This document shows positions 10,769 to 20,702 of a stretch of DNA of 64,000 nt, in pieces. Source of the stretch: a candidate division TM6 bacterium GW2011_GWF2_37_49. GTDB lineage: Bacteria > Babelota > Babeliae > Babelales > RVW-14. The position numbers were made by a program, and so were the translations under genes. Numbering within the stretch: the first letter of the stretch is position 1; each line of letters starts with the position of its first letter. Below the pieces are notes generated by a model. The model was given only the letters and a program-made list of their open reading frames with translations, did not search any database and was not told the DNA's origin. The DNA is taken from assembly GCA_000989955.1 (NCBI GenBank), contig LBTE01000005.1:22405-86404 (forward strand). Direction: 5' to 3'.

Positions 10769-13700
10769 ATGAATAAAAGATTGCGTGTGTTATTAATTTC
10801 GGCTACTTTGCTCGCTACTCCCTTCATAAACATGAGGGCTTTTGAGTGGTCAGCCGAGGGAACCGCGTTAAACGCTAACGGTTATGCGATTACTTCTGGT
10901 TCTTACGATGATGGTGATAGAATTTTTCAGGATTATTATCCAAGTTTTCCATATAATTCTTCATTTGATGCTACACCTACAGATTCAGTCCTAGATATTT
11001 ACTCAATGTTATATACCAGTACAGGTGGCGTGCTTCCTAGACATTGTTCATTGAAGATTGACGGTGACGTTGTTCTTAGTGCAACAAACGCAGATATGAC
11101 AGTTAATGTTTGGGATGATAATAATAATTTTGTTAATGCAACATATGAAACAGTCCTAGAACCATATATTTCAAGATATTCTCTGGGGCGTACTGGCGCA
11201 CAAGAGGGATATTCACAAGTTGTGTTTCAAACAGGCATTATTGACGATGTAAAAACACATATCACAGTAAATCTTTATCAAGATTTGGTTTTCAGCGGCA
11301 CACACGATGATGCTGGCACACCAGAGATTCGTGATATGATTGTTACATTCAAAGGTCCTGGTACAACAACATTCAGAATGTACGACGGAACAGCTGTCAA
11401 GTTTGACGGTGAGCTGGATACCGATGGTGGTATTTATATCAATGATGAAGGTGTCTACGAGTGGTACGGTGTTTCTTCCGATGTCGGAAAAACAAGGGTT
11501 TATGTAACAATGGATCAAACTCAAGGTGAGGTAGACAACGGCGAGCACAAGCTTGTGTTTGAACGTGCATATTACGATGTTGACGATGCAAACCGTGTCA
11601 TGGTTTATTTCGGATATAATTCTTTCTTGACATATCTTTCAGACAATTGGGAGGGTGATCCTGATTTTGTTGGCGAACGCGGTGGATGTGGATCTATCGG
11701 TTTTGATCCATCAAATACTGGTGCTGGTAGAATGGTGCTCTTCTTGAAGGGTGCGTATTTTACAGGTTGGCAAGAAGGTCTTGAAGACACAGATTCTCGT
11801 TATTGGTGGATTGTTTATAGATACCCAATGAACGATGCTGCTATCGTTGTTGCTGGTAACTTTGTTGAGGATTTTGATCCTGCAACTATAAGCCATCCTG
11901 ATTCTGAACAGGAATTTTACGGTGTTGATTTGACAATACCTGCAGGCTTTGATGCCAGATTTGATGTTTTGGATAATCAATACTATAACGGCAAAACAAA
12001 GCCTCTTGCGTACGATGTTAACGATAGCCGTGGATTGTTGGTAGTCAATGATGTACAGAATCATGGCAAGCTAGCATCAGATCCTTACTTGGATTTCTGG
12101 AATAGTTCACAATTTCTCCCTGGGCGTACCTTCGAAGGTCCAAAATGGTCATGGTTCCTAGATCCTAATGATCCAGAGCGTGATGAATTTGATTTTAATA
12201 CACGACGTGGCTTTGTCATAGGTATAAACGGTAAAATGGGTGTTTATGATAACGCATTTTTAGATTATACCTGCGGATCAGTTAATCAGCCAGATGCAAT
12301 CGCATGGTTTGGTACTGCTGGCCAATCTGAAACAGACTACACTCCAGATTTCGATCATGGTCTTTTGAAGAAGAGAAATCCAGCAGCACTTATAATTGAT
12401 AATGTTGATGCTAGTCTTTATTATGCGGGTACAACCGAGGATCCAGTAGTTCCTTACATTGGATACGTACCAGGCGATCCATTTTTGGATGCAAATAATC
12501 CTTACTATAATGACGGAATAAATGATGCAAGACATGCTCAAATTGAGTTATTTGGTAATGCTCGTGTATACTTCAAAAACTCTGCCTCGTCTTATGATGC
12601 TGATAAATACGGATATGTATATAATTTCTGGGGCCTTGAGTTAGAAAATGACGATTACAACCCAGTTGACGATATTGAGATGGATTGGGATGCTGCTTTA
12701 TCAGTAGGTGAGCCGGATGATCAAGGTGTTATTGAACAATCAGCATATGATGGATATTATCTTGAGCCAAATTTCCATACATTGGTTGAAGGAGAAGGCG
12801 AGCATGTTCTTGATGTGGAAGGCAAGCTTTCAGCAAAGTCGTTCTACAATACAGCTCTTTACGGTCGTAGCTCTGGATATATGTCAGAACTTAGACTTGG
12901 CACAATTGCAATGTCTTCTGTGTTGAGAGACTACACAGGACAAGAGCTTAACGATGGTGGATATATTAGCCGTCCATTGTTGACACCTGCATTGCAAAGT
13001 GATGCATTATACACAAGATACAATTCTCCAGCATTCTTCTTTAATACTCATGCTCAATTGTTTGACACAATACTTCGTCACGACGATGCCTCCAAGTATG
13101 TAGATGGTATTCCTTACGATTCAGATCCTGCATACACAGGTGGTGAAGTAATGTTCTTCTCATTTGAAATGGAAGAAGCTCCTGAATGGGCTCCTGATAG
13201 ACAACGCTTGCCTGAGCTCAGATATTTCAATTCAACATTTGAAGTTCATGAATCTGCTTGTTTGAGTGGTATTCGACAAGTAATTAAAGATATTCCTGGC
13301 TTGAATGATGAAGATGGAAGCAATCTATCAGTCATCAAATTCTATGATCATGGCGACATTCTTGATTCATTGTTAACAAAACATGGAAGAATATTCCAAC
13401 TTTCATCAATGTATAACAAGATGTCGGATGGTACATCAAATTATGCAACAGAATCTGCTCAATTTAATGTATACAAGGGCAATTATCCTGAAAGACGTGA
13501 AGACATTGAAGACCCTGATACTTCAGCTACAATCAAGCTTTCTTTGCAGAGAGAAGGTGAATATCCAACAACTGGTGGTATAGACCCAACGCCAATACCA
13601 ACTGGTCATGATTACACAAAAGAAATAGCTCACAACTTATTCTTGTTATCCGTTCCAGATGCATCAGTTGGAGCAGCTTGCAGAATGTTAATTGGTTGGA

Positions 13701-16291
13701 CTCCAAATATTATTGGCGATCTTAGAATTCCATCAGATATTGATGTACTTTCTCCAGTTGCAGAACAAGGTGGATATCCATACGAAGATCTTCCAATGTA
13801 TGAAGATGGCGATTGGCTATTTAATTTGAATGCATTGGATGAACATTATCCAGCAGCTCCTGCCGTAGTTTCTATCGATGGTGACCTGATAACATTTGGT
13901 GGCTTTGATCAATACGGAGAAAGCCCACTTGTTCCAGTAGTTGACTATACCGACAACGGAGTAATCCAAATTGCCCACGGCGGTAAGATGATGATTACTC
14001 GTCCTGAGGATACAGGATACAAGTTTGATCGCACAAGTGTTCCATATCAAACATTTATAGATACAATGGCTGTAAAGACCATTTGGAATAACTTTAATAT
14101 TGAAGGAACAGCCCGCGAAGTTTGGTACGGCGGCGTATTTGACGTTCCACACGATCAAGTAACATATGGCAAAAACTTCGGCTTACAGGTATACGGCATT
14201 ACAGCCGATATGTTTGCTGCTCGTGACACCGATGGCTATGTTCGTGTAGATTTTAATAATGAAAACAGAACAATCCGTGCAGACAAAACTGGTGATGAAG
14301 AAGTTGTTTGGAACTGGTTCAAGAGAGATGCAAATCCTAAGCTTTCTGAAACCAAGGGTTTAAAGCGCTTAAAAAGAGTTCACCAAGTATTAAGACTTAC
14401 TCAAGAAATTGACAAAGTCACAACAAAGGCAACTGAAAGTGTGTACACAGTAATTCAATATCCAGATCCAATTCTTTATATCGGTGCTCCAGATGATATA
14501 ACACAATTCCGTGTTGCTGGTGCAACAATGGCCGATCCATTCCGCCTTGATGTTTCTGGTTATGCTTCTTCTGATGAGCTTCCACAATCGGCTCGCGTAC
14601 GTGAGTTTGTAACACAACCAACAACAAATGGCTTGATTGGGCCGCAACACTTCATTGGTGAAGGTGCTCACGCTGTGTTGTATGGTGAATACGGCGGTGT
14701 AATTGGGCTTGGAAGCAGAAGCTGGAACGAACTTTCTTTGAATGCATGGAACTTAATTGGTAAAGACTATGTATCAATAGCCCCTCTTGGCGATATGACT
14801 GTTGAATTGAATTCAAACTTAATTGTCACAGACAGGCTTCCATTTATAGCAACAGATTGGTTTGGAGAAGTTGGAGAAGGTAATTCAGAACGTTTAACAT
14901 TTTATTCAGCGTTACCTCTTGAAATCAGAGTTCCTGCAGGATTTGAACTTGACCTCAGCGCATTTGGCAAGTCATCTGGTCGTCAAGAAATTGAGTTTGC
15001 CGGCAACGTCAGACTTGTTCTTGAAGACGGTGCTTCAATTCGCTTCCCATCATATGATGATGAGCGAACTTTGCTTGGCGGTGGCTTGGTACTCTACTTC
15101 AACGATGATTCACAGTTGATATTTGAAGGTCTTGAAATTCCTGGAACATATCAAACTGCAGAAGACACAAACTACGATCTAATCAAGATCTTGGGAGAAG
15201 GTCAAATCTGGTTGAATAAAAATGCCAAAATGCTTGTTAATGGCGATGTTCGTGTTGGTGTGATGGCTGATACTTTAACTCCAACAACCGATGTAACAAT
15301 CAGCATCAAACGTCACGGCTCTCTGTATATCGGTACAAAAGATCTTGCCGGTGGTACATTACAAGTCGGTAACCCAACGCACGTTCCAGGCACATCTATT
15401 AACTTCGGTGTGTTGATCGACGGACCAGATGCTTTGTTCGAGACAAATCGCGAAGGCTTCTTCGGTCTTGGTGCTGGTATTTTGAATCGTTCAAGCGAAA
15501 AGATGAACGGAGATGCAGATCCAGATCTTAACCCAGAACTGGATGAAGATGGCAAGGCCATAATTGTTGACGGCTATCCATCATTTACTCCTGCGGAAGA
15601 TGCATGGACTGTCGTTCAACTCTTCGATCTTAATAACGTTAAGATTGAGGTAACGCAAGGTGCAATACAGCACAATAACATGTTTAATGGTTCAGATGGT
15701 AATGCTGCATTGTGGGCAATTGGCCAAGCAAGCAAGTACACACTCAACTTAAACTCTTCTGCACAAGCTATCATCCGTGGTGGTGGTAACTTGATGGTTC
15801 TTCCATCATTTGCATCAAGTCAACCATATCCAGAATCGTTCTATGTCAAGATGTGGGATTTTGCAGGTCAGTTGAATACTCTTGAATCATACTCAATTGT
15901 TGATTCAGCTCCATCTTTGGTATCAAAAACACCTGTAAACGGCTTATCCGCTACATTCTTGGATGGCCGTTCAGTTGTATTTACAACAGATGCTGATGCA
16001 GACTTATATGCTGCTGCAAACTTCTTTAATCACTTGGCATTCCAACCATTTAATGACAAGGGTTATTCACAAGTATGTATCTCCAGAACATTGTTTGATA
16101 TCATGGTCAGCTTTGTAAATTACGATGTCCTGAATGAGATATATCCAAGCACGATGACAAGAATCACAACTCAAGTTGCAGCTGGTTCAGTCAAAGGCAA
16201 CTTGCCTTCAGCATTGAACTTTGGTGCAATTGATGGTGAAAAATGTTTTGCAGATCCAACATTGTTTACATCCAACTGGCCAGTACAATAA
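10769..16291 (+). CDS. giant acidic secreted protein, no recognisable domain (candidate major surface/S-layer-like protein or adhesin)
   Basis: ATG at 10769 lies 8 nt after AAGGAG; the track start at 10763 is GTG. Signal peptide MNKRLRVLLISATLLATPFINMRA. About 1,840 aa, rich in D/E/G/Y/N/T, with no internal repeats seen. By eye it is richer in G+C and more codon-biased than its neighbours. Confidence 0.85.
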   Translation: MNKRLRVLLISATLLATPFINMRAFEWSAEGTALNANGYAITSGSYDDGDRIFQDYYPSFPYNSSFDATPTDSVLDIYSMLYTSTGGVLPRHCSLKIDGDVVLSATNADMTVNVWDDNNNFVNATYETVLEPYISRYSLGRTGAQEGYSQVVFQTGIIDDVKTHITVNLYQDLVFSGTHDDAGTPEIRDMIVTFKGPGTTTFRMYDGTAVKFDGELDTDGGIYINDEGVYEWYGVSSDVGKTRVYVTMDQTQGEVDNGEHKLVFERAYYDVDDANRVMVYFGYNSFLTYLSDNWEGDPDFVGERGGCGSIGFDPSNTGAGRMVLFLKGAYFTGWQEGLEDTDSRYWWIVYRYPMNDAAIVVAGNFVEDFDPATISHPDSEQEFYGVDLTIPAGFDARFDVLDNQYYNGKTKPLAYDVNDSRGLLVVNDVQNHGKLASDPYLDFWNSSQFLPGRTFEGPKWSWFLDPNDPERDEFDFNTRRGFVIGINGKMGVYDNAFLDYTCGSVNQPDAIAWFGTAGQSETDYTPDFDHGLLKKRNPAALIIDNVDASLYYAGTTEDPVVPYIGYVPGDPFLDANNPYYNDGINDARHAQIELFGNARVYFKNSASSYDADKYGYVYNFWGLELENDDYNPVDDIEMDWDAALSVGEPDDQGVIEQSAYDGYYLEPNFHTLVEGEGEHVLDVEGKLSAKSFYNTALYGRSSGYMSELRLGTIAMSSVLRDYTGQELNDGGYISRPLLTPALQSDALYTRYNSPAFFFNTHAQLFDTILRHDDASKYVDGIPYDSDPAYTGGEVMFFSFEMEEAPEWAPDRQRLPELRYFNSTFEVHESACLSGIRQVIKDIPGLNDEDGSNLSVIKFYDHGDILDSLLTKHGRIFQLSSMYNKMSDGTSNYATESAQFNVYKGNYPERREDIEDPDTSATIKLSLQREGEYPTTGGIDPTPIPTGHDYTKEIAHNLFLLSVPDASVGAACRMLIGWTPNIIGDLRIPSDIDVLSPVAEQGGYPYEDLPMYEDGDWLFNLNALDEHYPAAPAVVSIDGDLITFGGFDQYGESPLVPVVDYTDNGVIQIAHGGKMMITRPEDTGYKFDRTSVPYQTFIDTMAVKTIWNNFNIEGTAREVWYGGVFDVPHDQVTYGKNFGLQVYGITADMFAARDTDGYVRVDFNNENRTIRADKTGDEEVVWNWFKRDANPKLSETKGLKRLKRVHQVLRLTQEIDKVTTKATESVYTVIQYPDPILYIGAPDDITQFRVAGATMADPFRLDVSGYASSDELPQSARVREFVTQPTTNGLIGPQHFIGEGAHAVLYGEYGGVIGLGSRSWNELSLNAWNLIGKDYVSIAPLGDMTVELNSNLIVTDRLPFIATDWFGEVGEGNSERLTFYSALPLEIRVPAGFELDLSAFGKSSGRQEIEFAGNVRLVLEDGASIRFPSYDDERTLLGGGLVLYFNDDSQLIFEGLEIPGTYQTAEDTNYDLIKILGEGQIWLNKNAKMLVNGDVRVGVMADTLTPTTDVTISIKRHGSLYIGTKDLAGGTLQVGNPTHVPGTSINFGVLIDGPDALFETNREGFFGLGAGILNRSSEKMNGDADPDLNPELDEDGKAIIVDGYPSFTPAEDAWTVVQLFDLNNVKIEVTQGAIQHNNMFNGSDGNAALWAIGQASKYTLNLNSSAQAIIRGGGNLMVLPSFASSQPYPESFYVKMWDFAGQLNTLESYSIVDSAPSLVSKTPVNGLSATFLDGRSVVFTTDADADLYAAANFFNHLAFQPFNDKGYSQVCISRTLFDIMVSFVNYDVLNEIYPSTMTRITTQVAAGSVKGNLPSALNFGAIDGEKCFADPTLFTSNWPVQ

Positions 16292-16303
16292 CTAACTAAA
16301 CCG

Positions 16304-16325
16304 GGAGGGGGAATGCTCCCCCTCC
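16304..16325 (+). terminator. GC-rich hairpin between the giant gene and the OMP gene (attenuator/processing site or weak terminator)
   Basis: GGAGGGGG-AATGCT-CCCCCTCC is a perfect 8-bp G/C stem 13 nt after the TAA. It is followed by an A-rich run, not a T-rich one, so it is not a classical terminator. Confidence 0.35.
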
Positions 16326-16368
16326 AAACAAAAATAGTGTTTATTTCAAAATAAAAGGTTAGGAAAAT

Positions 16369-18318
16369 ATGATGAAAAATTTAGGAAAAGTGGCGTTACT
16401 TGCAAGCCTTGGGTTTGCAGGCCAAATGCTAGCAACGGAGTTCCGTGCTCCAATTGCTACAACAAATGGCCCTTTGTACTATAGCTTTGACAAACTTCAC
16501 AAGAAAAAATCCAATTTTACAACTTGGTCAGTTGGCGAAGCCAGAGAGGCCAACGAAGCTTATATAAAGCATAGCTCAAAATCTCAACCTCTTTCGACAC
16601 TGTTCTTTGGTAAAGATGAATTCACAATCGGCGAATCGTTCCAAAACGCAAACGCATTTGAACACGGTCTAACCGAAAACTACAATCCATACCTTGATTT
16701 GACCAGACTTGCTCCACGCGTTTCGTACAGTGAAAGAGGTGTAATCTGGGGTGCCGCTTGGGACTACCCAGTTTGGAAGAACAAAGGCCGCATCGGTATT
16801 CGTGCCAGCGTTCCTTTTAAGTATATTAAGCTAGAACGTGATGAACAGACTGAAGATGCATATCTTGGACAACAAGAACATGTTATAAGAAAAGACAGCA
16901 GATTTGTAAAACCTTTCATTGATGGAAGTGGTGCTTCTAAAACTGTTGAACTTAAAAATGTGTATTCTTATCGCATGAACTTGGTCAAGAACTTGCTTTA
17001 CAGAGATTCATCTGGTGTTGTTTATTCTGTACTAAGATATAATCCAACCACTAAAAATATGTATCTTGGCAATGCTGCGTACGGTCTTGCAGCCTCAGGC
17101 ATTAAAAACTACGGTTCAGAGGTTACAAGTGCACAAATTCCTTTTGTAGTAATTAAGGGTAATTACGGAGAAAAAGCTCCATACAACCAAGGCGGTGCAT
17201 TATTGCTATATAATACTGATGGTAAGACTCTGAATACTCAGAGTGAGGCAGGAGCTTCCATAAACTATCCAGTTTCTACTGCGCATAGCTATCAATCTCC
17301 ATTAAAAGGTTCTGAGTTAATTGCTTTAACTAACACGGCAGATCCAGGTGCGGACAGGGCTGGCGTGTTTGTAAATGGTACGGATTATTCAACTCCTGAC
17401 CAAAGCAATGATTTGTGGTTAACCACGGTTAATGGTGGCAATGATGGAGATTTTACTGGAGTTTCTAAGACAGGCGTAGACTTTATTGAACAGCATCTTG
17501 CAAGATACCACTTTGATGTAACCGATTGGTTGCAAGATCGTGGTTTTGAGATGAAGACAAATGAAGAGACAAGTTTTGGCGATATCACAGCTGAAGTCTT
17601 CTATGAACACTGCTTCAATGACAGCTGGAGAGGCGAGCTTGAGTTGGGCGTCAAGATACCAACCGGCAATGGCGGCAGCGATTACAGCGACAGCATGTAC
17701 AATGCATATCGCGTACAAATGGGCAATGGCAGCCACTGGGAAATCAAGCTTGGTGGTTTAGTTGCATGGCAGAAACTTGATGCAGCAGTAAACTTTGCAA
17801 TCGAAGACACAGAGCAAAGATGCGCAGCATACAAGGGAGCAACAATCAAGAACTTTGGTCCTCGTGCAGATGCTGAAGTCAGCTGGACATCCTTTGTCGG
17901 CAACTTAGACTTCAACTTTACACATCCAAAGACCAAGAAGATCAAGGGTATGATCGGTTATCAATTCTACTACAAAACAGAAGACGATATCGATTTCAAG
18001 AACAGCACAGCCGCAACATGGCTTGGCAAAGTTTGGTCATTGGCTGATGGTGTAACAGCAGCTCCAATTAACCCTGCAGATGGCGAACAAACACCATCTG
18101 TTCGTGGAACACAATGGAGCACAAAGCCTCTTGAAATGGAACTTTCTAGCCACGTAGCAGAAATGAACACAGAACAAATGGCTCACAGACTACGCATGGA
18201 AGGTGCTTACTCACTCAGCAAGTACCTTACAGTCGCAGTTGGCGGATTGTACACATTTGCAGGTCAAAACATTCCAGCAGAAGCAGACATCCATGCTGGT
18301 TGCAACGTAAGATTTTAA
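16369..18318 (+). CDS. putative outer-membrane beta-barrel protein (porin/anchor-like)
   Basis: Signal peptide MMKNLGKVALLASLGFAGQMLA. 649 aa, aromatic/Gly-rich with alternating patterns. The C-terminus ..IHAGCNVRF ends in Phe, as BAM substrates typically do. Confidence 0.6.
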   Translation: MMKNLGKVALLASLGFAGQMLATEFRAPIATTNGPLYYSFDKLHKKKSNFTTWSVGEAREANEAYIKHSSKSQPLSTLFFGKDEFTIGESFQNANAFEHGLTENYNPYLDLTRLAPRVSYSERGVIWGAAWDYPVWKNKGRIGIRASVPFKYIKLERDEQTEDAYLGQQEHVIRKDSRFVKPFIDGSGASKTVELKNVYSYRMNLVKNLLYRDSSGVVYSVLRYNPTTKNMYLGNAAYGLAASGIKNYGSEVTSAQIPFVVIKGNYGEKAPYNQGGALLLYNTDGKTLNTQSEAGASINYPVSTAHSYQSPLKGSELIALTNTADPGADRAGVFVNGTDYSTPDQSNDLWLTTVNGGNDGDFTGVSKTGVDFIEQHLARYHFDVTDWLQDRGFEMKTNEETSFGDITAEVFYEHCFNDSWRGELELGVKIPTGNGGSDYSDSMYNAYRVQMGNGSHWEIKLGGLVAWQKLDAAVNFAIEDTEQRCAAYKGATIKNFGPRADAEVSWTSFVGNLDFNFTHPKTKKIKGMIGYQFYYKTEDDIDFKNSTAATWLGKVWSLADGVTAAPINPADGEQTPSVRGTQWSTKPLEMELSSHVAEMNTEQMAHRLRMEGAYSLSKYLTVAVGGLYTFAGQNIPAEADIHAGCNVRF

Positions 18319-18360
18319 TCTGACGTTTGAATAAATAGTTTGACAACAAACTGTTGTAAG

Positions 18361-18400
18361 GAAGGGAGAGCGCAAAACGCTCTCCCTCCCTTCTTTTTTG
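18361..18400 (+). terminator. intrinsic terminator of the giant-protein/OMP unit
   Basis: GAAGGGAGAGCG-CAAAA-CGCTCTCCCTCC (10 contiguous bp) followed by CTTCTTTTTTG. Confidence 0.85.
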
Positions 18401-18451
18401 TCACTAAAAACGGCGAAGATTAAGTTTTTACTGATTCACGATACAGCTTTG

Positions 18452-18841
18452 CACGTCGTCCTCGCGAAAGCGGGGACCCAGGCTTAAATTCTATCTTGTT
18501 ATCTAAACTAAAGCCTTTATAATAGCTGAATGAAGAGTTTTTATGTTTATATTTTGTGCTCCGGTAAAAATGGAACACTGTATATCGGTGTGACAAATGA
18601 CCTAAATCGAAGAATTCAGATTCATAAGAAAAGGCTAATTCCTGGGTTTACTCAACGATATGGCGTTGAATACTTGGTGTACTATGAAATTTTTGAATCA
18701 ATAACATTGGCAATTCGTCGCGAAAAACAACTAAAAAAATGGAACCGGCAGTGGAAAATTCAGCTCATTGAGAAAGTGAATCCTGAATGGATAGATTTAT
18801 TTGATTCTGAGCTGGGTCCCCGCTTTCGCGAGGACGACGTG
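18452..18841 (+). mobile_element. GIY-YIG nuclease cassette bounded by perfect 30-bp inverted repeats
   Basis: 18452-18481 (CACGTCGTCCTCGCGAAAGCGGGGACCCAG) is the exact reverse complement of 18812-18841. Each arm is itself a GAAA-loop hairpin, and the arms enclose the single GIY-YIG ORF. Confidence 0.6.
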
Positions 18842-18847
18842 ATGTGA
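18530..18847 (+). CDS. GIY-YIG nuclease family protein (COG2827/UPF0213-like)
   Basis: FYVYILCSGKNGTLYIGVTNDLNRRIQIH...REKQLKKWNRQWKIQLIEKVNPEW fits the GIY/YIG/R/E pattern. The last 11 codons (LGPRFREDDVM) are encoded by the right inverted-repeat arm. Confidence 0.88.
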   Translation: MKSFYVYILCSGKNGTLYIGVTNDLNRRIQIHKKRLIPGFTQRYGVEYLVYYEIFESITLAIRREKQLKKWNRQWKIQLIEKVNPEWIDLFDSELGPRFREDDVM

Positions 18848-19040
18848 GAACGTTTATTATTGCTGAGTAACGCAAGTTTGTTATTTTTGATGGCTGTTTA
18901 GAATCTTTGCGCGTCTATTATGCGTATATTCCGGAGAAAAAAATATTGCTTTTATTAGGAGATGACTTGGTGCAATATTCGATTAGCTCATTGCTTTGAC
19001 GTAATTAATTTTATTGATTAGATCGAGCATCACAGTCCTA

Positions 19041-19200
19041 ATGCCACTTTTTGCAACTTTTCAAAAACTTATTCGCTAACCACGACCCAATCAGTGCTAG
19101 CAGGCCGCATCTAAAAAATTATCATTTCCTCGATAGCTCTCATGAAATCGACATTGTAGCGTGTGGTAGTTGATGTATGAGCGTGTTGGTCATAGTTTTG
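19041..19200 (+). repeat. dispersed intergenic repeat family, copy F1
   Basis: ATGCCACTTTTTGCAACTTTTCAAAAA..GACCCAATCAGTGCTAGCAGGCCGCATCTAAAAAATTATCATTT..GTAGTTGATGTATGAGC..CATAGTTTTG. Confidence 0.8.
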
Positions 19201-19221
19201 AATGCTCGCCTTGAAGCTAAT

Positions 19222-19261
19222 AAAAGAAGCCGCCAAGTATTTAAGTCGAGCGGCTTCTTTT
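19222..19261. terminator. bidirectional intrinsic terminator downstream of the amidase gene
   Basis: AAAAGAAGCCGC-(loop)-GCGGCTTCTTTT has a 10-12-bp stem flanked by an A-run and a T-run, so it carries a T-tract on both strands. Confidence 0.75.
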
Positions 19262-19322
19262 ATTAGAACTCTTCTAAGTTTTTATAATTTTGGAAGATGT
19301 TTAATTAAAGACGGAAGGTTAA

Positions 19323-20015
19323 TTATAATATTTCATCGACGCCATCAATTAAGCAATCAGCAGCATCTTTCCAGCTTGAAGTATCACCCTGCGACCAACC
19401 AATTTCAAATAAAATCGCTGGAGAAGCGATCCCCAAAAGTGGTTTTACAGGAATACCAAGCAGATCCACAAATTCAAAAGTTTCACGATTCAAAGAGCCA
19501 GAAATAGATGATTGTAGGCGTTCTGCGATATGCCGTGTTTTATAAATATTAAATTGATGAGCTTGCATTACAGGAATAAAGCTTAATTCAGGAGTATTTC
19601 GTCGAGCAAAATCTGCGATTGGATCGGCAACATAGTAATAAATATAAATTTCGTGCTTTGGGCGTTCGCTAGCATAAAAATGAAGGCTTAAAAAAAGATC
19701 AACGCTCAAACGATTGGCAAATGAGGCATTTTGAAAATCAACAACAGTCTCACCAGGAGTGCGTGTAAGCACTACACGAAGATTGTCGTTTTTGCTTTCA
19801 AGCCGCTCTTGAATGTACTGTGCCATTTTTATAGTTTCGGCTCGCTCGTAGCTATTTTTTAACTTACGACCAGCATCACCGGCATGCCCAGCAGGATTGA
19901 TCATAACGATCTTTTTACCGTGCTTGGCTGAAGCGTCCAAAAATGGAGCATCACCAAAAATTGATTGCGTACAACACAAAGTTATAAAAACCAAATATTT
20001 TGAAATATAATTCAT
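19323..20015 (-). CDS. N-acetylmuramoyl-L-alanine amidase (Amidase_3)
   Basis: Signal peptide, then INPAGHAGDAG..ERAETIKMAQYIQERL..VVLTR..FANRLSVDLFLSLHFYA (Amidase_3 Zn-ligand pattern). Confidence 0.85.
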   Translation of the reverse strand: MNYISKYLVFITLCCTQSIFGDAPFLDASAKHGKKIVMINPAGHAGDAGRKLKNSYERAETIKMAQYIQERLESKNDNLRVVLTRTPGETVVDFQNASFANRLSVDLFLSLHFYASERPKHEIYIYYYVADPIADFARRNTPELSFIPVMQAHQFNIYKTRHIAERLQSSISGSLNRETFEFVDLLGIPVKPLLGIASPAILFEIGWSQGDTSSWKDAADCLIDGVDEIL

Positions 20016-20126
20016 ACTCTTAAATCCAATAAATTCTTTAAATGTTTGGCCCCAGCCTTTGAAGGCCGGGGCGCTTTATTAACTTATTTAAATTTAAGAT
20101 ACAAGATTATTTGTAACTGTCTAGTG

Positions 20127-20702
20127 TCATCCTAAACGTACCATGTGCCTTGCCATGAATGTAACTAGCCCAGCGCCGGCTTTACAAACGGCTACTGGCC
20201 CCCAAAATAAAACGGATAAAATCCCGGCGGCTGAAGCTGAAAGGCCTGGATTAGATCCGGCAAATTCTAGTACGCCCTTGCTTGTTCCAGTTACAACAGT
20301 AGCAACTACATTAGCACCTGCTACACCCAAATTTTTAGCAAACGTTGCAACTACGTCTAAAATAAAGGCCTGCACGGCTGGAAGGTTTATGTACGTAGCT
20401 ATTGCATAAATTGTTACGATAAATAAAGCATATTTAGCAACATATGTAGTAAGCTCAGAAACTAATTTTATGAACTCCTGCTTAATAAAGCCTGGACTAT
20501 CTGTCGTTTCTTTGCTTTGTTGTAACGCTTTTAGCATAGCGGCTTGTTGAGCGATAAAAGTCGGATCCTTTAAAAGATTTGCCCAGATTTTTGGAGTCAA
20601 TGCTTCTGAACTTGCTAAAGTAGCAGATTGATTCATGGCATTCAAATCAACGCTTATAACTGCCATAGTAGCAACAAAAAACAATATTAATAACTTCTTC
20701 AT
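20127..20702 (-). CDS. hypothetical exported/membrane protein
   Basis: The likely start is the ATG at 20702 (MKKLLILFF..). The upstream track ATG is part of the SD (ATGGGGGTT). Signal peptide plus Gly/Ala-rich C-terminal TM helices. Confidence 0.5.
   Translation of the reverse strand: MKKLLILFFVATMAVISVDLNAMNQSATLASSEALTPKIWANLLKDPTFIAQQAAMLKALQQSKETTDSPGFIKQEFIKLVSELTTYVAKYALFIVTIYAIATYINLPAVQAFILDVVATFAKNLGVAGANVVATVVTGTSKGVLEFAGSNPGLSASAAGILSVLFWGPVAVCKAGAGLVTFMARHMVRLG

Noticed and set aside
11213..15561. Minus-strand ORFs (61-117 aa) and short plus-strand ORFs inside the 1,840-aa gene
   Set aside because: All are nested in a continuous 5.5-kb reading frame with strong codon bias. None has an SD or a recognisable motif.
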